From a virus (taxonomy: Duplodnaviria; Heunggongvirae; Uroviricota; Caudoviricetes): a stretch of 16,022 nucleotides of DNA. The notes beneath the pieces were generated by a model. It ran no database searches. It was not told the origin of the DNA and saw only the letters and a list, made by a program, of their open reading frames with translations. Both the position numbers and the translations under genes were made by a program. Numbering within the stretch: position 1 is the stretch's first letter; each line of letters starts with the position of its first letter. The stretch lies in IMG/VR virus record IMGVR_UViG_2526164666_000036, positions 1 to 16,022 of that record. One strand, given 5' to 3'. This document shows, piece after piece, positions 1 to 7,166 of the stretch.

Positions 1-675
1 CTACATTTTCGGGTTCTTCTGTAATGCAGCTTTAGTGCGCGCAATCAGGTCCTGATATAACGGTTTACCCACACCCCAGCGTGCCGAATCCTGGCTGGCC
101 CCCGTGTCCGCACTGAATGTCCCCTCCGCGCCCTGGGTGAATGCCGAACCACCACGACAGCATGGTACCAGCAGGATCCCCGCGTTATTCGGGATATACG
201 GGAGCAGTTTTTTGGCAATATGTAACCCCTGGCCGACACAGCCGTACTGCCCTTTGCTCAGGTCTGCCTTCGGATGATTCAGCGTACTCATATCCTGCAC
301 ATCATGCAGGCAGTGGTCAGCCGGGATGATGTCGTTATACGTACAACTCTCTCCACCCGGAGTTACCGTGCTGCGGCGCGCCAGCTGTTTAATGCGCGGA
401 TCCGGAGCATCGTAAGAATCCGGTAACGGAAGCCCTTCACCGTAGGCCATGCCGTTGGACTGTCCGGCAAGCACAACCACGTAGAACCAGTCCGGCTCAG
501 ATGAAGGGCCGACCTGTGGATCTCCTTCAATAGCCACCGCCTGCATCAGTGTGTACGGCGTAATGGCAACCGGTCCGCCATATGGCTGCCAGCCCTCTTT
601 CAGTTTGTGTGTCAGCTTTTCCGCAAGGTCTGACGGCGACGCCGCCCTGACAACATCATAATGTTTAATCGACAT
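1..675 (-). CDS. DUF1737 + SASA/SGNH-type sialate O-acetylesterase-like protein (prophage NanS-p-like), 224 aa, possibly a truncated form
   Basis: Minus-strand ORF, ATG at 675-673 preceded by GGGAGA. N-terminus MSIKHYDVVRAASPSDLAEKL resembles DUF1737; VVVLAGQSNGMAYGEG carries the GQSN serine block of SASA/SGNH esterases. TAG stop lies at bases 3-1, so the product is far shorter than typical ~600 aa NanS-p proteins. Confidence 0.65.
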   Translation of the reverse strand: MSIKHYDVVRAASPSDLAEKLTHKLKEGWQPYGGPVAITPYTLMQAVAIEGDPQVGPSSEPDWFYVVVLAGQSNGMAYGEGLPLPDSYDAPDPRIKQLARRSTVTPGGESCTYNDIIPADHCLHDVQDMSTLNHPKADLSKGQYGCVGQGLHIAKKLLPYIPNNAGILLVPCCRGGSAFTQGAEGTFSADTGASQDSARWGVGKPLYQDLIARTKAALQKNPKM

Positions 676-1058
676 CGAATTTCTCCCGTGTACAGGAACA
701 GAGTTAAAAAGCCGGAACCGGAATCAAATTACAGGATGGCCATCTGCCAGTGGCTGGTCGTAAAAAAAGGCCACGCCATGCGCAGCCGGAAATAAAGGGA
801 TAACGATGATAGTTTGAGAAAAACAGAAACGACACTTTTGTGGCAAAGCATGGTGCCGGGTGCCTCCCGGTGAGTTCAGCCCGGTGCCACTAAACCCTCG
901 TCATTCTCGTTTTGATAATCAGAGATTATACCGTCACCAGTCGCCCCTCCGCTCAGGGGGATTCACCATGCAGTTTTTTTCTAACAAATTCTCATCCGGG
1001 CAGACAACATTCAACTGACTTAATTGTGAGGTATGTAACATTCCTGTTGAACGGATAC

Positions 1059-1088
1059 AAAAAAAGCCAGCCACTGGGGGAGGCTGGC
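1059..1088 (-). terminator. Rho-independent terminator for the leftward late transcript
   Basis: Stem GCCAGCC / GGCTGGC (1066-1072 / 1082-1088) with 9-nt loop; on the minus strand it is followed by a 7-nt U run (A run 1059-1065 on +). Confidence 0.6.
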
Positions 1089-1271
1089 GAAACTCGTAGA
1101 GCAAAAGTGTTGTTACACTAACTTCGTCACAGGGTTATCCTGCAATACTCAAAATACACAATATTTACAAAACTAATAGTATACAAGGCGATCTTTAAGA
1201 TTTTGTTATAAATTATTGCCTTTCTCCTCTTTCCATGAGCTTTCTGGATAGCCACAGAATTCCGGGTACAG

Positions 1272-1296
1272 AAAAACCCGCTCAGCGGCGGGTTTT
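1272..1296 (-). terminator. Rho-independent terminator (bidirectional hairpin, stronger on minus strand), candidate tR'
   Basis: Stem CCCGC / GCGGG (1277-1281 / 1288-1292) flanked by A5 on one side and T4 on the other; lies about 50 nt downstream of the predicted late promoter. Confidence 0.5.
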
Positions 1297-1345
1297 GCTA
1301 CTTTGGCATCACGTACAAAATCGGCAAAATATCAGATTTGCATGA

Positions 1346-1374
1346 AATATATGCCTTTTAATCTACTTTTGCAA
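1346..1374 (-). promoter_or_regulatory. PR'-like sigma70 late promoter just downstream of the Q-like gene
   Basis: On the minus strand: TTGCAA (1374-1369), 17-nt spacer, TATATT (1351-1346); starts 5 nt after the Q-like stop codon. Confidence 0.5.
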
Positions 1375-1378
1375 TACT

Positions 1379-2047
1379 TTACTGTGAAAATGCCGCCTTT
1401 TGTTTTAAACGTGTTATCGTCACGAACAATAAAGCCTCATTATCCAGCCGGTGAAAAATGTGTTTCATTGCAACCCAGTGGCCAGTAAATGTTTTGGACC
1501 AGTTTTTGGTTGTCACTCCCGCCAGTAATGCCAGCTCCTGGTATTCATAACCTTCCCCACCAAAAAGTTCTGCTTTTACTGCCTGCGCCGCCAGCCAGAT
1601 TAATTTTTTCAGGCGTTCCTGCGTTTTCCCTGCAATTTTTCTGGTACCAGATTGAGTATTAAATTCATTCCACGCCCACTGTGTTATCGCGATCTGATAT
1701 TCCCAACAAATGCTCTCGCTGTAACACCACAACAACCAGGCTTTATGATGTTCTTCAAGAGACAGAACAGCCCGCCGCCACGATGATGTCGAAAACTCAA
1801 CCGGACTGACCAGAGGAATTGATGTCCCCTTCGCCAGCGATTGCTTTCCCGGGATTGGTGGATTATCCCGCGTTATCATTTTTCCGGTCACCTCATCTCT
1901 GTACCGGATTTTTTTTCTCCTGTAACGCCCTGTATCGAACATGGCATTCTCCTGCCAGGCTTCAAGCTGACCTTTTGTTGCCTCACTCAAATCAGCGGTG
2001 GCGATAATGAGCTGCTCACGCACAAACTGTAAATACTGGTTATTCAT
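1379..2047 (-). CDS. Late-gene antitermination protein Q-like, 222 aa
   Basis: Sits immediately downstream of rusA and upstream of a consensus-like promoter plus terminators, the canonical Q position. ATG at 2047 overlaps the rusA stop (ATGA) and is preceded by GGAG; the ORF track's 2053 start is a GTG. Family assignment rests on position and size, not a recognised motif. Confidence 0.6.
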   Translation of the reverse strand: MNNQYLQFVREQLIIATADLSEATKGQLEAWQENAMFDTGRYRRKKIRYRDEVTGKMITRDNPPIPGKQSLAKGTSIPLVSPVEFSTSSWRRAVLSLEEHHKAWLLWCYSESICWEYQIAITQWAWNEFNTQSGTRKIAGKTQERLKKLIWLAAQAVKAELFGGEGYEYQELALLAGVTTKNWSKTFTGHWVAMKHIFHRLDNEALLFVTITRLKQKAAFSQ

Positions 2048-2403
2048 GCGCACTCCAGTTCTGTGATTTTTATCCCCAGCCGCCCACCAGAAACGAGCTG
2101 ACCGCGCACAATATTGATTTCATCAAACTGCTCGTCGTCTATGAGAAGTCCGGCATGCGTCAGCGCATCCAGTGGTGCTTTCAGGATATTGTCCAGGTCA
2201 CGACGACGTTTATCTGGTGGCTCTGCAATAATCTTTATCGCCAGCCGTCCGGACAGGTTTAATTTCAACCGCTGCTGGCGAACAATTAGTGCCACATCAC
2301 GGCGATAACGCTCACCGACTTTTGATACAAAATATGTGTTGCCACGACGTCGCCAGTAAGTATTCACCGTCGGCGGATAAGGCAAAACAAACTCTATACG
2401 CAT
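2044..2403 (-). CDS. rusA: Holliday junction resolvase RusA (crossover junction endodeoxyribonuclease)
   Basis: 119 aa; RusA-like layout including RRRDLDN and GGRL motifs; AAGAGG SD 6 nt upstream of ATG. Confidence 0.85.
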   Translation of the reverse strand: MRIEFVLPYPPTVNTYWRRRGNTYFVSKVGERYRRDVALIVRQQRLKLNLSGRLAIKIIAEPPDKRRRDLDNILKAPLDALTHAGLLIDDEQFDEINIVRGQLVSGGRLGIKITELECA

Positions 2404-2415
2404 CAGTAACCTCTT

Positions 2416-3465
2416 TTACCCGAGCACGCCGGTTGCAAAGGCGTGATCAAGAAAACGAAAAATTAAATCAACCTGGGAACCATGCTTTTCTTCGAACGCC
2501 AGCGGATCCGCATGAAGTTCGTTGTGATGTTCCCGGCACAACGGTAGCGTGAAAATATCGTGGGCCTTTGTTCCCATCCCTCCCTGACCGTGACCAATCA
2601 GGTGATGGGGATCGTCGGCTGGCTGACCACAACACGCACACGGCTGTGTCTTCACCCAGCGCGTATATTTCTCATTTACCCAACGGCGACGTTTAGGTCG
2701 CCTCATGAAAGATTCCGGAGACTCCGGATCAACGGTAACGCTGACCACTGTTTTTTCCTGTAGCGTGGTTTGTTGCTGGTGGACGTGAAGTGGCAGCGCA
2801 ATATTTTTTGTGCGCTGCTTCAGTATGCTGATGGCTGTCTGTTCTCCCGGTACGATGTCACTCTCACGGTATACGGAGCGGATTTTTTCCACCGGTAATC
2901 CCAGCGAACGACGCGCTACTGCCTCAGGTAGTGCATCCACCACCTGATTGCAGGCCGCCCACCAGGATAATTCGGCCAGCGATAACTCCCTCTCCTGCGT
3001 ACCGCTTATTGCGTGACGGATGACGTCAATCATCCAGGCAACCAGATTCTGCTGAGCAAGTTGATCGAGTGATTCTGATGTCTGGTCGCGCAGCTGGTTG
3101 TCACAGTGCCAGCACAACACCATCGCGCCGGCACCGTAACGGTGAATGACTGTTTCGCTGTGATGATAATCGCCGTGTAGCCACTGGCAGGATTTCACGT
3201 GACGTAATAACCAGTCAGACAGTGCACCAGCGCCACCCGCAGCACGGATCACCCGCTCATCGCTGAAAAATGGCAGTAGTGATTTATCTTCCGCCAGCGG
3301 CTGGTGAACGGCAGGTACAACCCCGGACGGCAGAGCTCGCATGCTTTTTGGTTCCGGCTCCACCAGTATTCTGCCGTTATGGAATGCTGACATTGATTCA
3401 CGGCCTGGCTTAACGATAACCAGACCGAGTTCCGGTACCAGAACAGGTCGAAGTAATACCCGCAC
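2416..3465 (-). CDS. DUF968 family prophage protein (YdfU-like) with C-terminal HNH-like Cys/His motif, 349 aa
   Basis: GTG start at 3465 preceded by GGAGG; C-terminus CACCG...DPHHLIGHG...LCREHHNELH resembles a His-Me finger. Length and position (between rusA and hokD) match Qin ydfU as I recall it. Confidence 0.7.
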   Translation of the reverse strand: MRVLLRPVLVPELGLVIVKPGRESMSAFHNGRILVEPEPKSMRALPSGVVPAVHQPLAEDKSLLPFFSDERVIRAAGGAGALSDWLLRHVKSCQWLHGDYHHSETVIHRYGAGAMVLCWHCDNQLRDQTSESLDQLAQQNLVAWMIDVIRHAISGTQERELSLAELSWWAACNQVVDALPEAVARRSLGLPVEKIRSVYRESDIVPGEQTAISILKQRTKNIALPLHVHQQQTTLQEKTVVSVTVDPESPESFMRRPKRRRWVNEKYTRWVKTQPCACCGQPADDPHHLIGHGQGGMGTKAHDIFTLPLCREHHNELHADPLAFEEKHGSQVDLIFRFLDHAFATGVLG

Positions 3466-3466
3466 A

Positions 3467-3745
3467 TTACCTCCAGATCCGTTGCTGGAATGTGCGGGAC
3501 GGACGCGGTGGCCGTTCGGAGTAAGGGAGCCTGACGGAGATTATCCAGTGACGGTAGTCGAGGCTAAGGGCTTTTTTAACCTCGCATCCGCGCCTGCGGT
3601 AACACTGAATGAGCCATTCGGCCTGTTCTTCAGTGCATGGGGGATGCTGGTACCAGTCAGATTTGAATGCGTGAAAACACCGTCCGCGCCTGCTGGCAAA
3701 GACGGCAGAATCATCAGAATTGTATAATTTGGTATCGTGCGCCAT
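3467..3745 (-). CDS. Hypothetical Cys/His-rich small protein, 92 aa (position of rem in Qin)
   Basis: First in-frame ATG at 3745 (MAHDTKLY...); the track's TTG start at 3826 lies inside a terminator U-tract. Stop TAA sits inside the SD-start spacer of the DUF968 gene. SD is weak. Confidence 0.45.
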   Translation of the reverse strand: MAHDTKLYNSDDSAVFASRRGRCFHAFKSDWYQHPPCTEEQAEWLIQCYRRRGCEVKKALSLDYRHWIISVRLPYSERPPRPSRTFQQRIWR

Positions 3746-3813
3746 CGGTTGTCTCTGCTGGCGCAGCAGGTGCCAGTTGTTCAGGCTGGCGTGCGAATTG
3801 TAAACCAGAATGC

Positions 3814-3844
3814 CAGGAAAAAACAAAACCCGCCGAAGCGGGTT
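3814..3844 (-). terminator. Rho-independent terminator downstream of hokD
   Basis: On the minus strand: AACCCGC-UUCG-GCGGGUU hairpin (UUCG tetraloop) followed by UUGUUUUUU. Confidence 0.6.
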
Positions 3845-3912
3845 AAGTGCGGGTGCGTTGAGGATGCCTGATTCATCAGAGGTGGCGAGGGATTTCTCCC
3901 TCGCCGGGTCTC

Positions 3913-4068
3913 TTACTCCTCAGGTTCGTAAGCTGTGAAGACAGCGACCTCCGTCTGGCCGGTTCGGATTCGTACCTCGCAGAGGTCTTTCCTCGTTACC
4001 AGTGCCGTCACTATGACGGTTAAACAGATGACGATCAGGGCGATTAACATCGCCTTTTGCTGCTTCAT
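3913..4068 (-). CDS. hokD: Hok-family type I toxin HokD (RelF), 51 aa
   Basis: Translation MKQQKAMLIALIVICLTVIVTALVTRKDLCEVRIRTGQTEVAVFTAYEPEE matches HokD as I recall it; AGGAG 9 nt upstream of ATG at 4068. The track ORF carries a 19-codon in-frame upstream extension. Confidence 0.9.
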   Translation of the reverse strand: MKQQKAMLIALIVICLTVIVTALVTRKDLCEVRIRTGQTEVAVFTAYEPEE

Positions 4069-4244
4069 AGCCTGCTTCTCCTTGCCTTTCGGCACGTAAG
4101 AGGCTAACCTACATGTGCAAGTCATAGATATGGCCTCAGATTAATGTTAAGCGTCTTGCCGGACGCGTAATGTTAACTGGGGCTTTTCTCTATCTGCCTT
4201 TTGGTGTTCATGCCTGAGACAGATAGCCTCAAGCACCCGCAGCA

Positions 4245-4273
4245 ATTCTACTTAACTTCCCTTTTCTCGCAAA
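4245..4273 (-). promoter_or_regulatory. Candidate sigma70 promoter for the hokD transcript
   Basis: On the minus strand: TTTGCG (4273-4268), 17-nt spacer, TAGAAT (4250-4245); would give a ~170-nt leader before hokD. Confidence 0.3.
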
Positions 4274-4359
4274 TCGTTTTTATCCCCAGCGGCAAATCGA
4301 ATACACCACCAGCGCCACCGCCATCGCAATTCCTACCGTTGTGAATGCTTCAGGCCAGG

Positions 4360-5289
4360 TCATCGATTCACCTCCTGCTCAATATTTTTAAGGTCATTTT
4401 CCGCATACAGTATTGCTGTCCTGGCTGCTCGTAACCGGGCTTTGGCATTTTTCTCTTCACGTTCAAGTTTTGCCACAGCTTCACGAAGAGCATCCCGCTT
4501 TGCATAGAGTGATTTAATCTCAGACACTATGTTTTCACCGTTTCTCGCACGGTCGAGAACAAGCTCGAACGGATCTAAAGCCAATCCGCATCGGTTACAG
4601 GTAATCGTACGATTCACTTCTGAAATTGTTGTACGGATATGCTGACAGCATTTTTGCTCGCCGCTTTTTCTGTCGGTTATCACAACGTTGAGGAGTCCTT
4701 CCTCCTCTGATTTTGGCTGTACCAGGGTGATAACATTGTCGACTTCATTTTTCATCAGTTCCCCCCCCTGCGGCGGTTCCGGTAGCGGCATCCAGTGAGT
4801 TGCCTGCTCAATACCATTACCCGGCTTAATCGTTGCATCTCCGCGCCGGAATGTGCTTCCTGTATAGCGTGCGGAGCATATTAGCGGTTCAACCAGAGAG
4901 CTATCGAAATTCACCGAAATAAGCACGTTCTGGTTCTTTTCAGGCATCCGCTCACTACAGCTTATCCAGCCATTCTTAATGCCACGATCCTGACTCTGAA
5001 GCATGGTGGCGCGGTGACACCAGATAATCCAGCCAAGCGCCATATCCCATGCCATGTATTCGCTATCGCCATTTTTTGCCCTGCGACGATCTACAGATTC
5101 CCCGAAACGCTTCTCCATAAATAATTCATAGGCTGCCCGTTCATCCGATACTGCTTCCAGTGACGCCAGTGCGATACGAAACACATTGGCAAGCAGGCTG
5201 TCTGAAGATTGGATATCGTGCGCCGGGTCGCTCAGGAAACCAGTGATGAATGATTTAATCTCCGCGTTTTCTCTGGTAATAGTGGTCAT
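4360..5289 (-). CDS. Phage protein with DUF551-like motif, C-terminal zinc ribbon and coiled coil, 309 aa
   Basis: ATG at 5289 preceded by AAGGAAAG; ATHWMPLPEPP motif resembles DUF551; CCQH...CNRCG then a heptad-like charged C-terminus (AKLEREEKNAKARLRAA). The track start at 5379 is a longer upstream extension. Confidence 0.7.
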   Translation of the reverse strand: MTTITRENAEIKSFITGFLSDPAHDIQSSDSLLANVFRIALASLEAVSDERAAYELFMEKRFGESVDRRRAKNGDSEYMAWDMALGWIIWCHRATMLQSQDRGIKNGWISCSERMPEKNQNVLISVNFDSSLVEPLICSARYTGSTFRRGDATIKPGNGIEQATHWMPLPEPPQGGELMKNEVDNVITLVQPKSEEEGLLNVVITDRKSGEQKCCQHIRTTISEVNRTITCNRCGLALDPFELVLDRARNGENIVSEIKSLYAKRDALREAVAKLEREEKNAKARLRAARTAILYAENDLKNIEQEVNR

Positions 5290-5290
5290 A

Positions 5291-5509
5291 TCAGCTTTCC
5301 TTATATGGGTTGATTTTGTTGTGCAGTGTGTTGAACGACGCCCATACCACGTCGTTATACAATTCAATAACTGGCTCAATTATTTTCCCGATTGCCCAGA
5401 CAAAAATTAGAGGGGATATCGGTATCATTAACACGATAAACAGAATGAGAAACAGAAATTCTGTTGTTCTACTCTTTCGTGGATATTTTTTTCTGAATAA
5501 TGTGACCAT
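5291..5509 (-). CDS. Possible small membrane protein, 72 aa
   Basis: AT-rich ORF with one hydrophobic segment (FLFLILFIVLMIPISPLIFVWAIG); its TGA overlaps the ATG of the downstream gene (ATGA). No convincing SD, so it may be non-coding spacer. Confidence 0.3.
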   Translation of the reverse strand: MVTLFRKKYPRKSRTTEFLFLILFIVLMIPISPLIFVWAIGKIIEPVIELYNDVVWASFNTLHNKINPYKES

Positions 5510-5636
5510 TCATTACCGCCCTTTCGGGCGGCCTCCTGATGTTTTGAGGGTGCAGGAATCCCTCCGGTTAAGGATTTAATAAAAATCACTTCTGATTTAA
5601 ATTTTCAGTGTTTTGTTGCCAGGTGATTTATCGCCT

Positions 5637-5948
5637 TTACGCTTCAGCCTTATTTCTCAGCCATACACAAACAGGACCATCTTCAGTGTCATGAATGGAA
5701 CCAATGAACCAGCCATCGCCCTCTGGTCGTTCCGGTTCCCATGCTGAAATATCAGGGCCATCTGCGTCCAGGTTAAAATCATCTTCATCCATAGTGCAGA
5801 TAGTCCACTGAAGATTATTTGCCTCCATCCACGCGTTAAATTCCTCTGTGGAAATATATTCACGACCTGCGCAAAACTTTTCATACTCAGGATGTGTCCA
5901 GCAGCCATATTCATCACGTACTACTGGTATTTCTTTAATTTCATTCAT
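5637..5948 (-). CDS. Hypothetical acidic protein, 103 aa
   Basis: ATG at 5948 preceded by GGGAGAA; start overlaps the upstream gene's stop by 8 nt. Confidence 0.55.
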   Translation of the reverse strand: MNEIKEIPVVRDEYGCWTHPEYEKFCAGREYISTEEFNAWMEANNLQWTICTMDEDDFNLDADGPDISAWEPERPEGDGWFIGSIHDTEDGPVCVWLRNKAEA

Positions 5949-6195
5949 TTCTGTTCTCCCACGTTTTCAGACTTTCACCACAGAACGGACAAAATGAAAC
6001 CCGCACTGGTGATTTAGAAAATTCACCGGAACGCAACATCACCAAATCAGGGCCGCGAGTTAAACTCTCATTCCAGATTTTGTATATCAGCAGACCTTTT
6101 CGCGTCGTGTATTCAGCATCATGCTCAAGGGATTTTGCCAGTGCCGTACACGGTTCTATCTTGTTGCCATAAACCTGGCATTTTGATTCATTCAC
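5941..6195 (-). CDS. Hypothetical protein with Cys pairs (possible zinc ribbon), 84 aa
   Basis: GTG start at 6195 preceded by AGGAGA; overlaps neighbours at both ends; contains KCQ...C and CPFCG. Confidence 0.5.
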   Translation of the reverse strand: MNESKCQVYGNKIEPCTALAKSLEHDAEYTTRKGLLIYKIWNESLTRGPDLVMLRSGEFSKSPVRVSFCPFCGESLKTWENRNE

Positions 6196-6469
6196 TGGTT
6201 TCTTTCTCCTGTCTGAACATCATGATCATCAGGCCATCTTTTGTTGCTACCCTGACTGTTGTTCCTGGCTCTATGCTGCCAAGGTCAAATGCGTCATAAA
6301 ATTCATTCAACGCTTTCTGGTGTCTCTCCTGTTTGCGTCGCTTTTCCCACTGCTTCAGAAAAACAGAGGTCACCCACTTCCCCGCGCTGAACATGATGTA
6401 AAACCAACCAAGCAGGGCCAACCCCGTGTTGAGGGCTGTATCAATCGTTATTGTTGTGTCGATATTCAC
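6188..6469 (-). CDS. Hypothetical single-pass membrane protein, 93 aa
   Basis: GTG start at 6469 overlapping the upstream stop (GTGA), preceded by AGGAGA; hydrophobic segment GLALLGWFYIMFSAG. Confidence 0.5.
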   Translation of the reverse strand: MNIDTTITIDTALNTGLALLGWFYIMFSAGKWVTSVFLKQWEKRRKQERHQKALNEFYDAFDLGSIEPGTTVRVATKDGLMIMMFRQEKETSE

Positions 6470-6762
6470 TGTGTCTTCTCCTGGAAAATAACTGCATGCC
6501 CCAGCTTCTCCGCCAGTGCCAGTTCCGCCTTAGCGCCTGCTGACCGCTGCCAGCCTTTCAGCATGTAAATCGCATCCACACAACGAATCATTGCCATGCA
6601 AATATCCATGTAGTGTGGCTGTGTCAGCCCGTCCGGAAGTACTGCCGGGGTTAAGACGGTATGCCCTTCCCGTTTCAGTTCCTCTTCCGCCTTGTGAAAC
6701 GCCTCACGGTTGAAATTTTCATATCCCGTCATTGGACCGGCAATATAAACTCTCACCCTCAC
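6466..6762 (-). CDS. DUF4406-like protein (nucleoside deoxyribosyltransferase-like fold), ~98 aa
   Basis: VYIAGPMTG...LTPAV...LKGWQRSAGAKAELALA pattern; GTG at 6762 overlaps the upstream stop (GTGA). The track's longer start at 6831 would overlap the upstream gene by 72 nt. Confidence 0.55.
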   Translation of the reverse strand: MRVRVYIAGPMTGYENFNREAFHKAEEELKREGHTVLTPAVLPDGLTQPHYMDICMAMIRCVDAIYMLKGWQRSAGAKAELALAEKLGHAVIFQEKTQ

Positions 6763-7151
6763 TCCATCACCTCCTGAAAGTTTCCCCGATAGAACGCCAG
6801 CACACGCTGCATAACTTCGCTCTGGCGGCACTCACGACAAATTATGTTCTGCCGTCTGTTGTAACGACGTATTTCTCCGTCAGGTAACTTTCGAATCAGT
6901 GTCGGGTCAGCAGCCTTCTCCGGTGTCTTACGCCATACGCGATACGCCTGCTCTGATGGAAATACCCCGCAACCAGAGAGCCAGACATCACCACTGGCCG
7001 CAAGCGCACCAGATAAACGACGAATAGCGGTCTTACTGACACCCGTTTTATCTGCCAGTTGTCGAAAAGTTTCTCGTCCGCTCAGGCGCACGAATTCCAC
7101 AATGCGCGCCTTCACTTCTTCCCGCTCTTCTGGTGTAAATTCTTTTGCCAT
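6759..7151 (-). CDS. Hypothetical HTH-containing phage protein, ~130 aa
   Basis: ATG at 7151 preceded by GGAGG 5 nt upstream (the track start at 7166 is TTG); helix-turn-helix-like stretch TFRQLADKTGVSKTAIRRL. Confidence 0.55.
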   Translation of the reverse strand: MAKEFTPEEREEVKARIVEFVRLSGRETFRQLADKTGVSKTAIRRLSGALAASGDVWLSGCGVFPSEQAYRVWRKTPEKAADPTLIRKLPDGEIRRYNRRQNIICRECRQSEVMQRVLAFYRGNFQEVME

Positions 7152-7166
7152 AAGCGCCTCCGGCAA

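Noticed and set aside
676-1378. tRNA genes or stx genes downstream of Q
   Set aside because: No GGTTCGAATCC-type T-loop or cloverleaf candidate found by eye on either strand and no ORF of stx size; a covariance-model search would be needed to exclude tRNAs fully.
3341-3727. 128-aa plus-strand ORF, and the 72-aa minus-strand ORF 3249-3467
   Set aside because: Overlap the DUF968 and Cys/His-rich genes in other frames; the 72-aa ORF's ATG is only 2 nt from the SD that better serves the DUF968 GTG.
3913-4125. 70-aa extended hok ORF as a possible Mok
   Set aside because: The extension is in the same frame as hok, whereas Mok, as I recall it, overlaps hok in a different frame; the internal ATG with AGGAG SD gives exactly the 51-aa HokD.
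5186-5579. Plus-strand ORFs of 74 and 89 aa in the AT-rich spacer
   Set aside because: AT-rich region yields chance ORFs; transcription context is leftward; no SD.
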